From: Dictyostelium discoideum
Lineage: Eukaryota
Assembly: GCA_000004695.1 (NCBI GenBank)
Contig: CM000150.2
Location: 1,888,001-1,952,000 of the forward strand
Length of the DNA stretch: 64,000 nucleotides
Direction: 5' to 3'
In this document: positions 12,528-24,436 of the stretch, piece by piece
Numbering within the stretch: the first letter of the stretch is position 1
Layout: each line of letters begins with the position of its first letter
Position numbers and translations under genes: made by a program
Notes under the pieces: model-generated
Seen by the model: the letters and a program-made list of their open reading frames with translations, nothing else
The model's database searches: none
Told to the model about the DNA's origin: nothing

Positions 12528-13011
12528 TAAAAATAATAACAATAATAATAAATTAATATAAAATATATGATATTTATATATATATATATATGTGATGTAT
12601 ATAAAATAACATACATGATCAAATTCTTCTTGTTTTGGTGGTGGTGAATCACCTTTATATGGGTCAATCATTAATTCATTAATAAAATCTTGATAACCAT
12701 TTCTACTTTTTTTTAAATGAATTTCCCATTGTGTTCTATCTAATGGTAAATATCTTAATAAAATCTAAATTGTACGAATTTATTTATATTATTTAATATT
12801 AGTATTTTTAAAAACAATGATTATTATTATTATTAATATTTTAATTAATTTTTATTTTTTTCCATACCTTCCAATAACATGCTCTTAAACCGTGTGATTC
12901 TGGAATTCCTTGCTCTGCAAGATGTTGGATGATACTAATATCAATTGATGATGGCTTTAATGCTTCCTTATAATAGTGAACTCTTTCATTAAATGATGGA
13001 ATGGATGACAT
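10794..13011 (-). CDS. TBC-domain Rab GTPase-activating protein, five exons: 13011..12868, 12769..12615, 12489..12049, 11963..11803 and 11712..10794. It has a long Asn-rich C-terminal tail.
   Basis: The TBC catalytic motifs are present: arginine finger IDIEKDVRRTFP and glutamine finger YVQGMNEILG. Other TBC signatures are RACYWK at the N-terminus and FYSFRWITLLLSQEF. All introns carry GTATGG, GTATGT, GTAAGT or GTAGGT donors and AG acceptors, and all keep the frame. The final exon carries about 100 Asn residues, encoded by (AAT)n read from the (ATT)n plus-strand tract at 10880-11215. Confidence 0.85.
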
Positions 13012-13920
13012 TCTTTATTTTATTTTATTTATTTTTTTTAAATTGATTGAAGAAAAAAAAAAAAAAAAAAATGAAAAAAAGAAAATAAAAATTATTAAAA
13101 TGGGATTAAATTAAAAAAAAAAAATAAAAAAAATAAAAAAAATTATAATTTCTTGTTTTTAATTAATTTTTATTATTATAATTCTTATAAAACTAAAATA
13201 ATGTTTATGTGTTTTTTTTTTTTTTTTTTTTTTTTTGATATGTTTATTATTAAACCACCTTTCAAGTGTCAAAATTTTTAAAAAAAATAAAAAAAAAAAA
13301 AAAAAAAAATTTAAAAATAAAAAAAAAAAAAATTTAAAAATACAAAAAAAAAAAAAAATTTAAAATAAAAAAACTCTGAGAGTTTATTTTAATAAAAGTA
13401 ATAATAAATAAAATAGAGTTTATTTTAATAAAAGTAATAATAAAACCTTTTTTTTATTTTTTCCTTTTATTATTATTATTTTTTTATTATTTGTTTTTTT
13501 ATTTTTTTTATTTATTTTTTTATTTTTTATTTTTTTTATTTATTTTTTTTATTAATAAAAATAAAAGAAAAATACTAAAAACATAAAAATATTATTGTTT
13601 ACCATTAGTATTTTAATAACTATTCTTTATATAGAATTTTTAAATTTCGATGCAAAACCCTCCCAATTTTCTTTTTTTTTTTTTTTAATTTAAATTTATT
13701 ATTTTTAATTTTTTTTTTTTTTTTTTAATTTTTTTTTTTTTTTTAAATTTTTTTTTTTTTTTTCAAATATTTTCAAATTTTTTAACTGTCAAAAATTAAA
13801 TATTTGAAGTGAAAAATACAATTCGGATTATTATGAAAATTTATTAAAATTTCATTGATAATTTTTGTTTTTTTTTTTTTAATCTTACACATCAATATAT
13901 ATTTCTAAAAAAAAAATATA

Positions 13921-14587
13921 ATGTCCACTTCACCAACACATCATCAACAACAACAACAACAACATCAAACTTCACCAACGCACAATCAACACACTTCACC
14001 AACACATCAGCAACAACAACAACAACAACAACAACAACCAACTTCACCAATACACCAACAACAACAAAAACAAACTTCACCGACACACAATCAACCAACT
14101 TCACCAACAAATTCCTCAACTACAACAACAACAACCACAACAAATACAAATACATTAAAAACTCCAACCGACTTAATTAAAGAGAAATGTGAATCATCAT
14201 TACAACAACCTGATTCAATCATGTCAATTGAAGCATCATCCTTAATGAAAGAATACATCACAGTTGGTGGTAGACCACAAGTAAGTTATATTATTATTAT
14301 TATTATTATTAATAACCATAATAATAATTAAAATCATAAACTAATATATTATTGTGTGTGTGTGTGTGTGTAATAATTTAGGATGTTATTACATTTTTAT
14401 CGGAAAGTTATAGAGGATATGCACAAATGTGTAATTTATTATGTTATTGGTTAAAGATAGCAGGTATACCAGAAGAACAAATTCAAACTCAATTTTCAAA
14501 TCATTTAAAAGAAATCATAATAAATAAATTTGATCCAAAAGTTGCTGATACTATTTTTACTTCTGTATGTGTTATATCTTTATACCA

Positions 14588-14624
<37 letters not shown>

Positions 14625-16275
14625 ACAAATTTATTAATATATTAATAATTAATAATATATAGTCTAGTACACCACCACATTGGTTAGATGAAATGATAGT
14701 TGATTCACAATGGAGATCACTTATATATCAATTATCAGAAGAACATAAGAATTGTTTAATGTTAAATTTCATAATTCAAAGAATATCAGATTCAGGTTAT
14801 CAAAATGAAATTGCATCATTAAGTACTGCCTCAACATACTATAGAGTTTTTAATAAAGTTTTATTCGATTCATTAGCGGATTTAGTAACATTGGATGAAA
14901 TTTCATTTCGTCAACAATTGGATGAATTTAAAAAATCATGTTGTCAACATCAACATACTTATTTATACGCTCAAGCAACAATTCAAAATTTAATTAAAAA
15001 TAATCCTCAAAAAGCTTATAATTTAAAAAGAATTTCTCAAGAATTAGAAATAGAAGCAACTAAAAAGTAAAAAAAAAAAAAAAAATTCAAAATAATATAT
15101 AATTTATTATTATTATAATTACTAACTTTTTTATTTTATTTTATTTTTTTTTTTTTTTAGAAATAAAATTGCACAAAGAATTTCGTTAATGATGTCAAAT
15201 ATATCACAATATCCATTAATATCATCAAGTATAACATCATTGCTAATGAGTAATACAACAACAACAGGTGATATAATTAAATTATATAATGAATATACAA
15301 AAGCTCAACCACCACCAGTCGATTTTTTAAGGTATCCAAATTTATTGGAACTATTATTGAGTGATTTATTTTGTCCTGGTAAAGTCATTCAAAGTGTACA
15401 TAAGAGTAAATGGATTTATTTAGTGACCTATAGTGTTTGTATTAATAGTAGTAGTAGTAGCAATGAGAAAGATAATAATGTATTTAAAGATATTACACGT
15501 GCAATTGAAATAGTTCATAATATTTGTCAATCGAATCCATTAGGTTCAGAATTACAATCAGTTGTTGGTACTCTAAAAGATCATTTAGACTTTCCAATCA
15601 TTTCAATGGGTATAATGCAATGGATTAAACATAATCTTACTGACACTACAAATCTTTCAAGTTATAATACTTTATGTGTACCAATTTATTTAGATTTCTT
15701 AAGAGATGTAAGTTGTTTATTTATTTATTTATTTAAAAAAGTAAATTAATTTATTAACATATTTTTTTGAATAATAAAAATAATAGATTTGTTTAAGACA
15801 TCCATTACATAGATCAGTTGTATTAAATATATTAGTATCACATTTTGAAGTTGAAGCACAAGATTTAGAATCATTGGCAATATTAGAGATGAGAAAGAAT
15901 GTAATTGATAATATAGTTTATTTATTTAGTTGTGGTTATGTTATACCAGTTTTAGATACAATTGAAAGTTGGGCACCAAAAATTGATCCTTCCTTAACTC
16001 GTTACTTTATAAATCAAGTTTTAGATATAATCGAACCACCTTATTCTCAATCATTTATGGATAAAATGAAATCAATCATTAAAATCATTAATCCATTTGG
16101 TGAAAGTACAAAATTGGAACCATCTGTTCAAAGTTTTTTAGATCAATGTAAAAATCAATTAATTTTAAATAATAATAATAATAACAATAATAATAATTTA
16201 TCAACAAAAACTTCAACAAAAAGAAATAATACTGAAATTTATAATAATGAAGATGAAAATGAACAAGTATTTTAA
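13921..16275 (+). CDS. Negative elongation factor C/D (NELF-C/D, TH1-like), five exons: 13921..14280, 14382..14564, 14663..15066, 15161..15707 and 15787..16275.
   Basis: The ORF aligns to human NELFCD. GYAQMCNLLCYWL aligns to GFAQMANLLAEWL. KFDPKVADTIFT aligns to HFDPRKADSIFT. CLMLNF is identical. YQNEIASLSTAS aligns to YQGEITSVSTAC. HTYLYAQA aligns to HTYLFAQA. PPPVDFLRYP aligns to PPPVELIRVP. GYVIPVL aligns to GYVLPVV. Donors are GTAAGT, GTATGT, GTAAAA and GTAAGT. Intron 1 holds (GT)10 and intron 2 holds (TA)15. The N-terminal 90 aa are a His/Gln/Thr/Ser/Pro-rich low-complexity region. Confidence 0.8.
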
Positions 16276-16710
16276 TAAAAATAAAATAAAATAAAAAATC
16301 AAAGTCAAAATTAAAAAAAAATGAATTATGACATTCTAAAAAGCATATGTGTGAAAAAAAAAAAAAAAAGATATTTTTAGAACGATATGAGGTATAAAAA
16401 ACTGAATTTGAAATTGAAAAAAAAAAAAAAAAATAAAAAATTAAATAAATAAATTTAAAAATAACCTAACTGACGTTACATTTTTTTGTACCTTTTTAAC
16501 AATTCATTGAATTGTACCGATATCATTTTAAAATTTTTTTTTTTATTTTTTATTTTTTATTTTTTTTTTTTTTTTTTCTAATTCATTAAAAAAAAAAACA
16601 TAATAAAATTTTCAATTTTTGTAAAAAACACACAAATATAAAAACATATATATATATATATATATAAAAATTTAATTAATTAAATAAATTTATATTTTTA
16701 CGATTGTATA

Positions 16711-16751
16711 AATACCTCATCCCCCTCCTCCTACTCCTACTCCTCCTTCCC
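16711..16751 (+). promoter_or_regulatory. A 41-nt C/T-only tract (CATCCCCCTCCTCCTACTCCTACTCCTCCTTCCCTCCTCTC) that ends 30 nt before the ATG at 16782.
   Basis: It is a highly unusual composition for a Dictyostelium 5' flank. The position is consistent with a promoter or 5'UTR element, but no function can be assigned from sequence. Confidence 0.35.
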
Positions 16752-16781
16752 TCCTCTCAACTTTAAATTTCATAAATAAAT

Positions 16782-16997
16782 ATGAATTTCAGTGTTGAAG
16801 AGAAAACTCTTTTAGGTTTAGGTTTATTTAATATATTATTATTATTAATATTTATAATTCATTTTAGTATAATATATAATTTATCAAAAAAAAGAGTTAA
16901 AACATATGTAAATAATGGGCCCAATATAAACCCCACTTCGACAGATGACGAATATGGTATTGAATTAACTGATAATACTAAAAAAAATCAAATACCT

Positions 16998-17076
<79 letters not shown>

Positions 17077-18824
17077 TAATTAATAATGTAAATGAAAATT
17101 ATAATAGTAGTAAAAATATTAGAAAATTATTTAGATATATTGAATTTAAGAATAGAAGGAATTATATGGGATTAATGTCAGAATGTATTGCATCATTAAC
17201 TATATTTGAATTGTTGATATTGGTATTGGTTATGTTTGATAAATTACATATTGCAGCAGGAATTGTGTTGATGTTATTTGGATTTATTTTATTTTGGACA
17301 ATTTGGGTTGTACCAATTGACGATGATAAATTTTTAAAATCAACATTTAAAATTGAAAATGGTTTTAAAAGGTTCATTAAAAGACAATCATTTAAATTTA
17401 AAATTGGTAATTTAAAAAAGAACCAAAGATATTGGTATTGCTTAATACCAGCATTGACCGCGATACTATTGGTTACCATACTTTTAGAGGGAACTTGTGA
17501 GGACCAATTATCATTCATCGATTCGAGAATCATGAGAAAATATATGAATCCCACATGTGCGACTTCTGGCGAACCGTGTCTCATTTACCTAACATTAAAC
17601 CAACAACCAAGTACGAGTATAATTGCCAACTTTCACACCTCCTCGAGAAAGGGCGACCCCGAGCCCAACCCAATCTGTCTCTACGACACCACGCCTATGG
17701 GCAATAACACATCGGGCTATCGTTATATAGCCTATGGTAATTACTATAAGATGCCATTGGAGGTGATTAGATACGTCAATTGGGTGCATATTGAAGGATT
17801 GCAGCCAAAGACATCCTACTACTTCACCTGTGGAACTTGGAAAAACGGGTTCTCACATGAAAGAAAATTTAAAACTCAATCTGATAATCCAAAAGATGGT
17901 TATAGTTTTGTTGTGGGTGGCGATGTTGATATCACTGCCGATGCTGCCACTTTATTGAAAACCTCGGCATTGAAGAATCCAGATTTCGCAATGATTGGTG
18001 GTGATTTAGCTTATGACCATGCCCAATATACTTGCTATAGAATCGTTGATAAATGGCTAAACAATTGGCAATACAAAATGATATCGGCAACAGGTTATAC
18101 CATTCCTTTGATTGCTTCAATTGGTAATCATGAAGTAATTGGTGACTATGATGCACCCTCACACAGAATACCCTTCTTTAAGAGATATTTCCCACAAATG
18201 ACAAAACGAGAGGACCCTGGTGATGGCAATAATGTAGATGACAGGAAAACTTACAATACAATCAATATCGGTGGTCCAAATGGTACTGTAATCTTTAATT
18301 TAGATAGTGGTCATCATTCATCACTAAGTGAACAAGCAATTTGGATGAATCAACAATTATCATCATCACCATCATCATCTTCTTCAATGAATTTTAATTC
18401 AACTCAATTACGTTTCTCAATTTATCATGTACCAATGTATCCAACTATTAGAGAATATTCAAATCCAAAATCAACTGCTATTCGTGATAATTGGTTATCA
18501 ACTTTTGATAAATTTAAATTTAATATTGCTTTTGAAAATCATGATCATGCTTATAAACGTACTTTACCATTATTCAATAACACTGTTATTAATGGTACTA
18601 ATAGTGGTGGTGGTGGTCAATCTTCAACACTTTATATTGGTGATGGTAGTGCTGGAACTGGAATTAGGCCATTACCAAGTTCAAGTTTGAAGTGGTATCA
18701 AGCTTTTTCAAAATCAACTCATTATATTACACTTATCAATGTTATTCCAACAAATAGAACAATAACTTTCAATTCTTTCGATACAAATAATAGTACTTTT
18801 GATAGTGGTTATATTACTTATTAA
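16782..18824 (+). CDS. Membrane-anchored purple-acid-phosphatase-like metallophosphoesterase, single exon, 680 aa.
   Basis: The metallophosphatase motifs are present: GDVDITAD, GGDLAYD, IGNHE and the downstream HDHAYKR/GDG. They are preceded by a PAP-type N-terminal beta-sandwich (LQPKTSYYFTCG). N-terminal hydrophobic segments flank a run of about 30 Asn. Confidence 0.8.
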
Positions 18825-18872
18825 TAATAAAAAAAAAAAAAAAAAATAAAATAAAAAGTGATAAAAAGTTGA

Positions 18873-18902
<30 letters not shown>

Positions 18903-18906
<4 letters not shown>

Positions 18907-18934
18907 GGCTGGTCATTTTCCAGGTTGAAAACCT
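18903..18934 (+). terminator. Perfect 12-bp inverted repeat, TTTTCCAGGTT-GAAA-ACCTGGAAAA, lying 80 nt after the stop of the phosphatase gene.
   Basis: This is a GC-containing palindrome in otherwise pure A/T 3' flank. It is a candidate 3'-end or termination hairpin. Classification is by position only. Confidence 0.3.
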
Positions 18935-19302
18935 GGAAAAAAAATAAATAAAAAAAAAAAGGAAGATATTTTCATTTTTTTTTTTTTTTTTTTTTGATTA
19001 GTTTCCTAATAAAAAAATCAATTGGAATTTCACATTTTATTTTTTTTATTTTTTTTTTTATTTTTTTTTTTTAATTAAAAAAATGCAACAAAAAAATAAA
19101 AAATAAAAAATAAAAAATAAAAAATAAAAAAAAAATAAATAAATAAAAAAATTATTCTTCTTATCGAAAAGAAGTTGGTTGATTTTTTTTAATGAAACAT
19201 GACGATATGAATTATATACCTAATTCCTTTTTCCACGATTTCAGTTTTTTTTTTTTTTTTTTAATTTTTTTTTTTTTTTTTTTTTTTTTTTATTTTTTAT
19301 TT

Positions 19303-19334
<32 letters not shown>

Positions 19335-19602
19335 GATATTTCAAAATTTTGGAACAGAGACAATTGCTTAGAATAACAACAGTGTTCAATTGTTTTATTT
19401 TGTAAAATTACATATAGGGATTTGGTCACCACAATTACCCTTTAAAAATATTAATATTTATACATATATATATAAAATATAAAAAATAAAAAAAAAAAAA
19501 ATAAAAAAAAAAAAAAAATAAAAAAAATATATATAAAAATAATAAAAATATTGTAATAATACATATATATGTATAAATATAAATCATTTAAAAAATACAA
19601 TA

Positions 19603-19610
19603 ACCCATAA
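19603..19610 (+). promoter_or_regulatory. A third DUSE-like motif, ACCCATAA, with a GC-containing hairpin region 40-110 nt downstream and no clearly delimited RNA.
   Basis: The consensus octamer sits in an A/T desert. Downstream lie CCAGTCCAACTGG (palindromic) and GTGCACACTTTCATGTGTTTTTTCC (hairpin plus T6). Confidence 0.2.
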
Positions 19611-19946
19611 AAAAAAAATTAAAACCCTTAAAGGTAAGTCGGAAAGCCAGTCCAACTGGAATTTAAAATTTTTATTTGTGCACACTTTCATGTGTTTTTT
19701 CCAAATTTTTCAAAATTGGGCGCACAATTCCAAAAAATCTAGATTATTTTATTTTATTTTTTTTATTTTATTTTATTTTATTTTTTTTTTTTTTCAATTT
19801 TTTTTTTCTTGTAACCCTGTGCGAAAATTTTAACGTTAATTCACTCGAATTATTTTTATGATGAAATGGAGCGTCAAATGATGAATGTGAAAGAATGTCA
19901 TTTTTTTTTTTATTTTGTATTTTTTTTTAATTATTTTATTTTATTT

Positions 19947-19999
<53 letters not shown>

Positions 20000-20330
20000 C
20001 TTTCTTTTTTTGTGGTAATGAACAGTTGTAACTAAGGGTACATAAAAAAAAAAAACCCATCCCATCTTTGCCTTATATTTTTTTTAATAAATAAATTAAT
20101 TTTTTAATTATTAATTTTCTTTTTTTTTTTTTTTTTTTTTTTATTGTTGTTTATTATTATTTTGTTTTTTTTAAAAAAAATAAAATAAAATAAAATAAAA
20201 AAACATTATTTAGTTGTTGGTATTAGTAATTCACCTAATTTCTAAATTTGTTTTTACAATTCCTTAATAAAGGTATGTTTGAATCACATTCGATTAATAT
20301 AGTTTTTATTTTTTTTTATTTTTTATATTG

Positions 20331-20376
<46 letters not shown>

Positions 20377-20764
20377 TTGATTTACAGATATATATATTTT
20401 TTTTTTTTTTTTTTTTTTACATTTCTTTTTTTTTTCTTTTCTTTTTTTCTTTCTTTTTTTTTTTCCTTTCTTTTTTTTTTTATAGTTGTATCTAAATAAT
20501 AAAAAAAAAAAAAGAATAAAAAAAAAAAAAGAAAAAAAAGGGGTATGATATACAGGAAATTCCGATTTGGAATTAATTGTGTGTGGGTGACAACAAAACC
20601 AATTAAAAAAAAATTTAAAAAATTAAAAAAATAAAAAAAATAATAAAATAAATAAACTGACAAATTTGTCATCATCATAAAAAAATATCCCATCTATTGT
20701 TTTGGGTTATTTTTAGTGTGTGTGTGTGAATACAAACAAATATTAAAATGAGAGGGACCCATAG

Positions 20765-20797
<33 letters not shown>

Positions 20798-21532
20798 ACC
20801 ACATCAATTTTTTATGACATAATATGTTAATTATTTTATTATTTTTTTTTTTCATTATATAATTTAAATATTTAAACATAATAGCAACATACATGTAAAT
20901 GTTTACAATAAAAAATACAAAACACACAGCTATAACCACACCAACCACCATTTATATAAATCTTTTAATTTTTTTTTTTATTTTTTTTTTTTTATTTTTT
21001 TTTTTTCCTCACATAATATTTATTTCACCTTTCAATGAAAGTGACGGAGTATATAAAAGATACTAGCCGACATAAATACACACACATACACATAAAAAAA
21101 AAAAAAAAAAAAGGGGAATTTCACAAAAATAAAATAAATTAAAATAAAAAATAAAAAAATAATTAAATAAACACCCTTTTTCTTTTATTATTTTAATATT
21201 TTTTTTTTTTTTTTTTTTTTTATTTAGTATTTAATTTATTTTCACATTTAATAATAGCTCCTATAAAATAAAAATAAGAAATAATTTTAGTTCTTTTTAT
21301 TTTTTTATTTATTTTTATTTTTAATCAAAAAAAAAAAAAAACAAAAAAAAAAAAAAAAAAAAAAAAGGGAATAAAACGATTTATTCTCTAATTTTAATCT
21401 TTTTTTTTTTTTTTTTTATTTTCCAAAAATAATTTCATTGCCCATATTTAGAAATAATATTAATGGAAGGGTTTTTTTTTTTTTTCTTTATAATAATTAA
21501 TTAATTAATAGATAGTAGTAACAGAATTAAAT

Positions 21533-21569
<37 letters not shown>

Positions 21570-21651
21570 TTTTTTAATAGTAATAATAATAATAATAATA
21601 ATAATATTAGTAGTAATAATAATAATAATAATATATATAATAAAAAAAAAA

Positions 21652-23457
21652 ATGGGAGTACAACAACAATCGGAATTACCAAGTCAAACATCAGCAAAAT
21701 ATTTCTCACTTAGAGAAGATGTTAGTACAGAGTCATTATCAGATATTGATTCACAAACAGATATAAATAATACAGGAAATAGTGGTAAAGATTATAGTTC
21801 ACCACCAAGATTATCATTATGGGGGTGGTATACACCATCACAATATCGTGGTAATAGTAGTGGAGTCACTATGAAGAATTTATCAGCATCAGAGGACAGC
21901 ATTTCATTATCAAGTTTAGATCATCAACAACAACCAATGTTAATGGTAGATCATTCATCCAATAGTGATAACGAAGATGGTGCAACTGCTAAAGATTTTA
22001 AAATTGATATTCATTTAAAAGGTGAAGATGAAGATGATGGTAGTGGTGATACAAGAGTTAAATATAATACAAGAAATAGTGGTACTTTAAGAAATAGTAG
22101 TAATAAAACTCAAACTACAGTTTTAAATAATAGTACTACCAGCAGCAACAACATCAATAACAACAACGACAAAGAAATCAATATTACAACTTTAGGTGGT
22201 AGTACAAATTCAACTACTAAATTTTTATATTCAAGTGTCGATCAATCAAATGGTTCAACCATTCGATATCCATATTCTCCTTCTTATTCGGATGCAACTT
22301 TTTCAATTTTAAGTGGTGTTGTCATTTTATTTTCAATAATTTATTCTTTATTAGTTGGTCCAATTGTAATTATATTTTTTTTTAATATCTATATTCTTTA
22401 GTATTTTAATACTAACTTTTTTTTTTTTTTTTTTTTTTAGCAAATTATGTTTGCATTTTTAGTATCAATTTTAGTATTTATATCATATATTTGTGCAAGT
22501 TTTGCAGCAAATAACAGGATTTATTTATATTCAATCACAGCTTTGGCAGTTGGATTAGGTTTAACTATTCCATCATTTTTTGCAGCAACAGGTGCAGTTG
22601 TTTTAGGTACTGGTAGAGATAAATCAACTTGGGATGTAGAATTATTTAAATCTGATCAGTATGTATTTTTGTGTATATGAAAAATTATTTTAATTATTAT
22701 TATTATATTCTAATATTATTATTATTTAAATAGAGTTTTAATGGGATGGATGTGGCCAAAAGGTCAAATGGCAATTTTTGTAGATGAAAGTACAATTATT
22801 GGACCAGATTCATTTATTGGTAAATTATCAACAGAAATTCTTCAATTATCATATATCAGTTATTATATTTGGGGTTATTTTATGGAGATTTATATTTTAT
22901 ATAATTTATGGAGATGTCATTTATCAAAGGACCCACAACAACAAAAGATGATGCCAATCTGGGATCAAAGATTAAAAATGTTTATTTGCTCATGGATTTC
23001 AACTTACTTTATAGTGTTTTCTATTAATTTAATATTCCCAGCTGTTAGTCCAAGAGTTTATATTGGTAAAACTTTAAATCTCTATAACAATACCTTGGAG
23101 GGTTTTGGTTTCGCTGGTTTTGTACGTAGTAGAATTGATAATGCAGCAAAAGGTTCATTTGGTTCATTCCCTTCTGGTCATATAGCAACTTCATTTGCAA
23201 TTGGTTTATCAAGTTATAAGATTTTACCCGCTTATGGTTTCGTTTCAACAATTGCTGCAATCTTAATCGCAATTGCTACAATGTATTTACGTTATCATTA
23301 CTTTGTCGATTTCTTAGCTGCTTTACCTGTGACCATCTTTTGTTTATTATATGGTGGTTTCTATACACCTTCCGACTTTAAAAATGTTTTTGTAAATTGT
23401 TTTTACTCGATAAAATCAATCTTTCAAAATATTTTATCAAAATTTAATAATAAATAA
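21652..23457 (+). CDS. PAP2-superfamily membrane protein (AUR1/IPC-synthase or sphingomyelin-synthase-like), three exons: 21652..22365, 22441..22658 and 22734..23457.
   Basis: The PAP2/LPT motifs are present: C2 SFPSGHIATSF and C3 YLRYHYFVDF (R..H...D). There are multiple TM helices and an N-terminal Ser/Asn-rich region. Intron donors are GTAATT and GTATGT, with AG acceptors at 22440 and 22733. Phases are consistent. Confidence 0.7.
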
Positions 23458-23596
23458 TAAATCTATTTAAAAAATAATAATGAATAAATAAATAAATTAT
23501 TTAATTAATCAATAAAAAAAAAAAAAAAAAAAAAAAAAACAAATAAATAATAATAATAATAATGGTTTTTTTTTATATAAATAATTTTATTTTATT

Positions 23597-24436
23597 TTAT
23601 TTTATTTTAATTAAATTATTAAATATTTTAATAATTATAAATATTAAAATTATAAAAAATGTAAGACAAGTAATAAGATTACCTTTGGTTTTTGAATCAA
23701 GGTGTGAAAATAATGATGAACTAACAATGACGAAAATTATTAATTGAAATAAATCAATTAAAGAGTTTTGATAATTTCTTGATAATTTTTTAGTTTTTTT
23801 AGTTTGTAATAAAATAAAATTAAAACTTTGATAAAATATTTCAATACCAATAATAATTAAAAGATAATTCTTATAATTGAATATCATTGATAATGATAAT
23901 GAAATGAAAATTGTTGTTTTTAAAAATACTAATAATTCTAACCATCCAAATTGATTTTTATAATTCAATTTTAATATCAGTTGATGGAATTGATTAAATT
24001 TCAAAATTATTCTATTTTGATAGGGTGGTTGATTTAATTTTAGAGATTTTCCACTACTAATACCACTATTAATATTACTACTTCCTCTACTAATATAAAA
24101 GTTTCTTATGTTATTAATTATTGGATTTAAAAATAAAATTATTAAAAATAATGATATTATTACTATTATAATAATTGCTAATGTGAATAATGTAATTTGT
24201 AAATAATTATCATTTAAATAATAGATTGTAAAATCTAAAGCTGAAAAATGATTACCATCAACTTCTTTTGAAACTAATAATGATATGGAATTAAAAAATA
24301 GTGGTATGAAAAGAACTTGAAATAATGACCAATATGAATTTAATTTATAGTTTCCATTACTTTTAAGATTTCTATTTGAAATTGTTTTAATAAATTTTGG
24401 TATTATGATATTGTTACCTTGTTGAGATAGTTTAAA
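23597..24436 (-). CDS. Six-TM hydrophobic ORF of about 280 codons that lacks its own ATG. It follows the stop of the upstream large ORF in the same frame.
   Basis: The frame is open immediately after the TAA at 24437-24439. It encodes six hydrophobic stretches of about 20 aa (LFQVLFIPLFF..., LQITLFTLAIIIIVIISLFLIILFL, LELLVFLKTTIFISLSLSMIF, LLIIIGIEIFYQSF, LIDLFQLIIFVIVSSSLF and LITCLTFFIILIFIIIKIF). There is no in-frame ATG before the fourth helix. Confidence 0.35.
   Translation of the reverse strand, partial: FKLSQQGNNIIIPKFIKTISNRNLKSNGNYKLNSYWSLFQVLFIPLFFNSISLLVSKEVDGNHFSALDFTIYYLNDNYLQITLFTLAIIIIVIISLFLIILFLNPIINNIRNFYISRGSSNINSGISSGKSLKLNQPPYQNRIILKFNQFHQLILKLNYKNQFGWLELLVFLKTTIFISLSLSMIFNYKNYLLIIIGIEIFYQSFNFILLQTKKTKKLSRNYQNSLIDLFQLIIFVIVSSSLFSHLDSKTKGNLITCLTFFIILIFIIIKIFNNLIKIK

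Noticed and set aside
20382-20951. Minus-strand ORFs of 103 and 85 aa in the 18.8-21.6 kb intergenic region.
   Set aside because: They are K/F-rich translations of A/T homopolymers (KKKRKEKKK.., FFFFFFFF) with no domain or splice signals. This is probably an intergenic desert.
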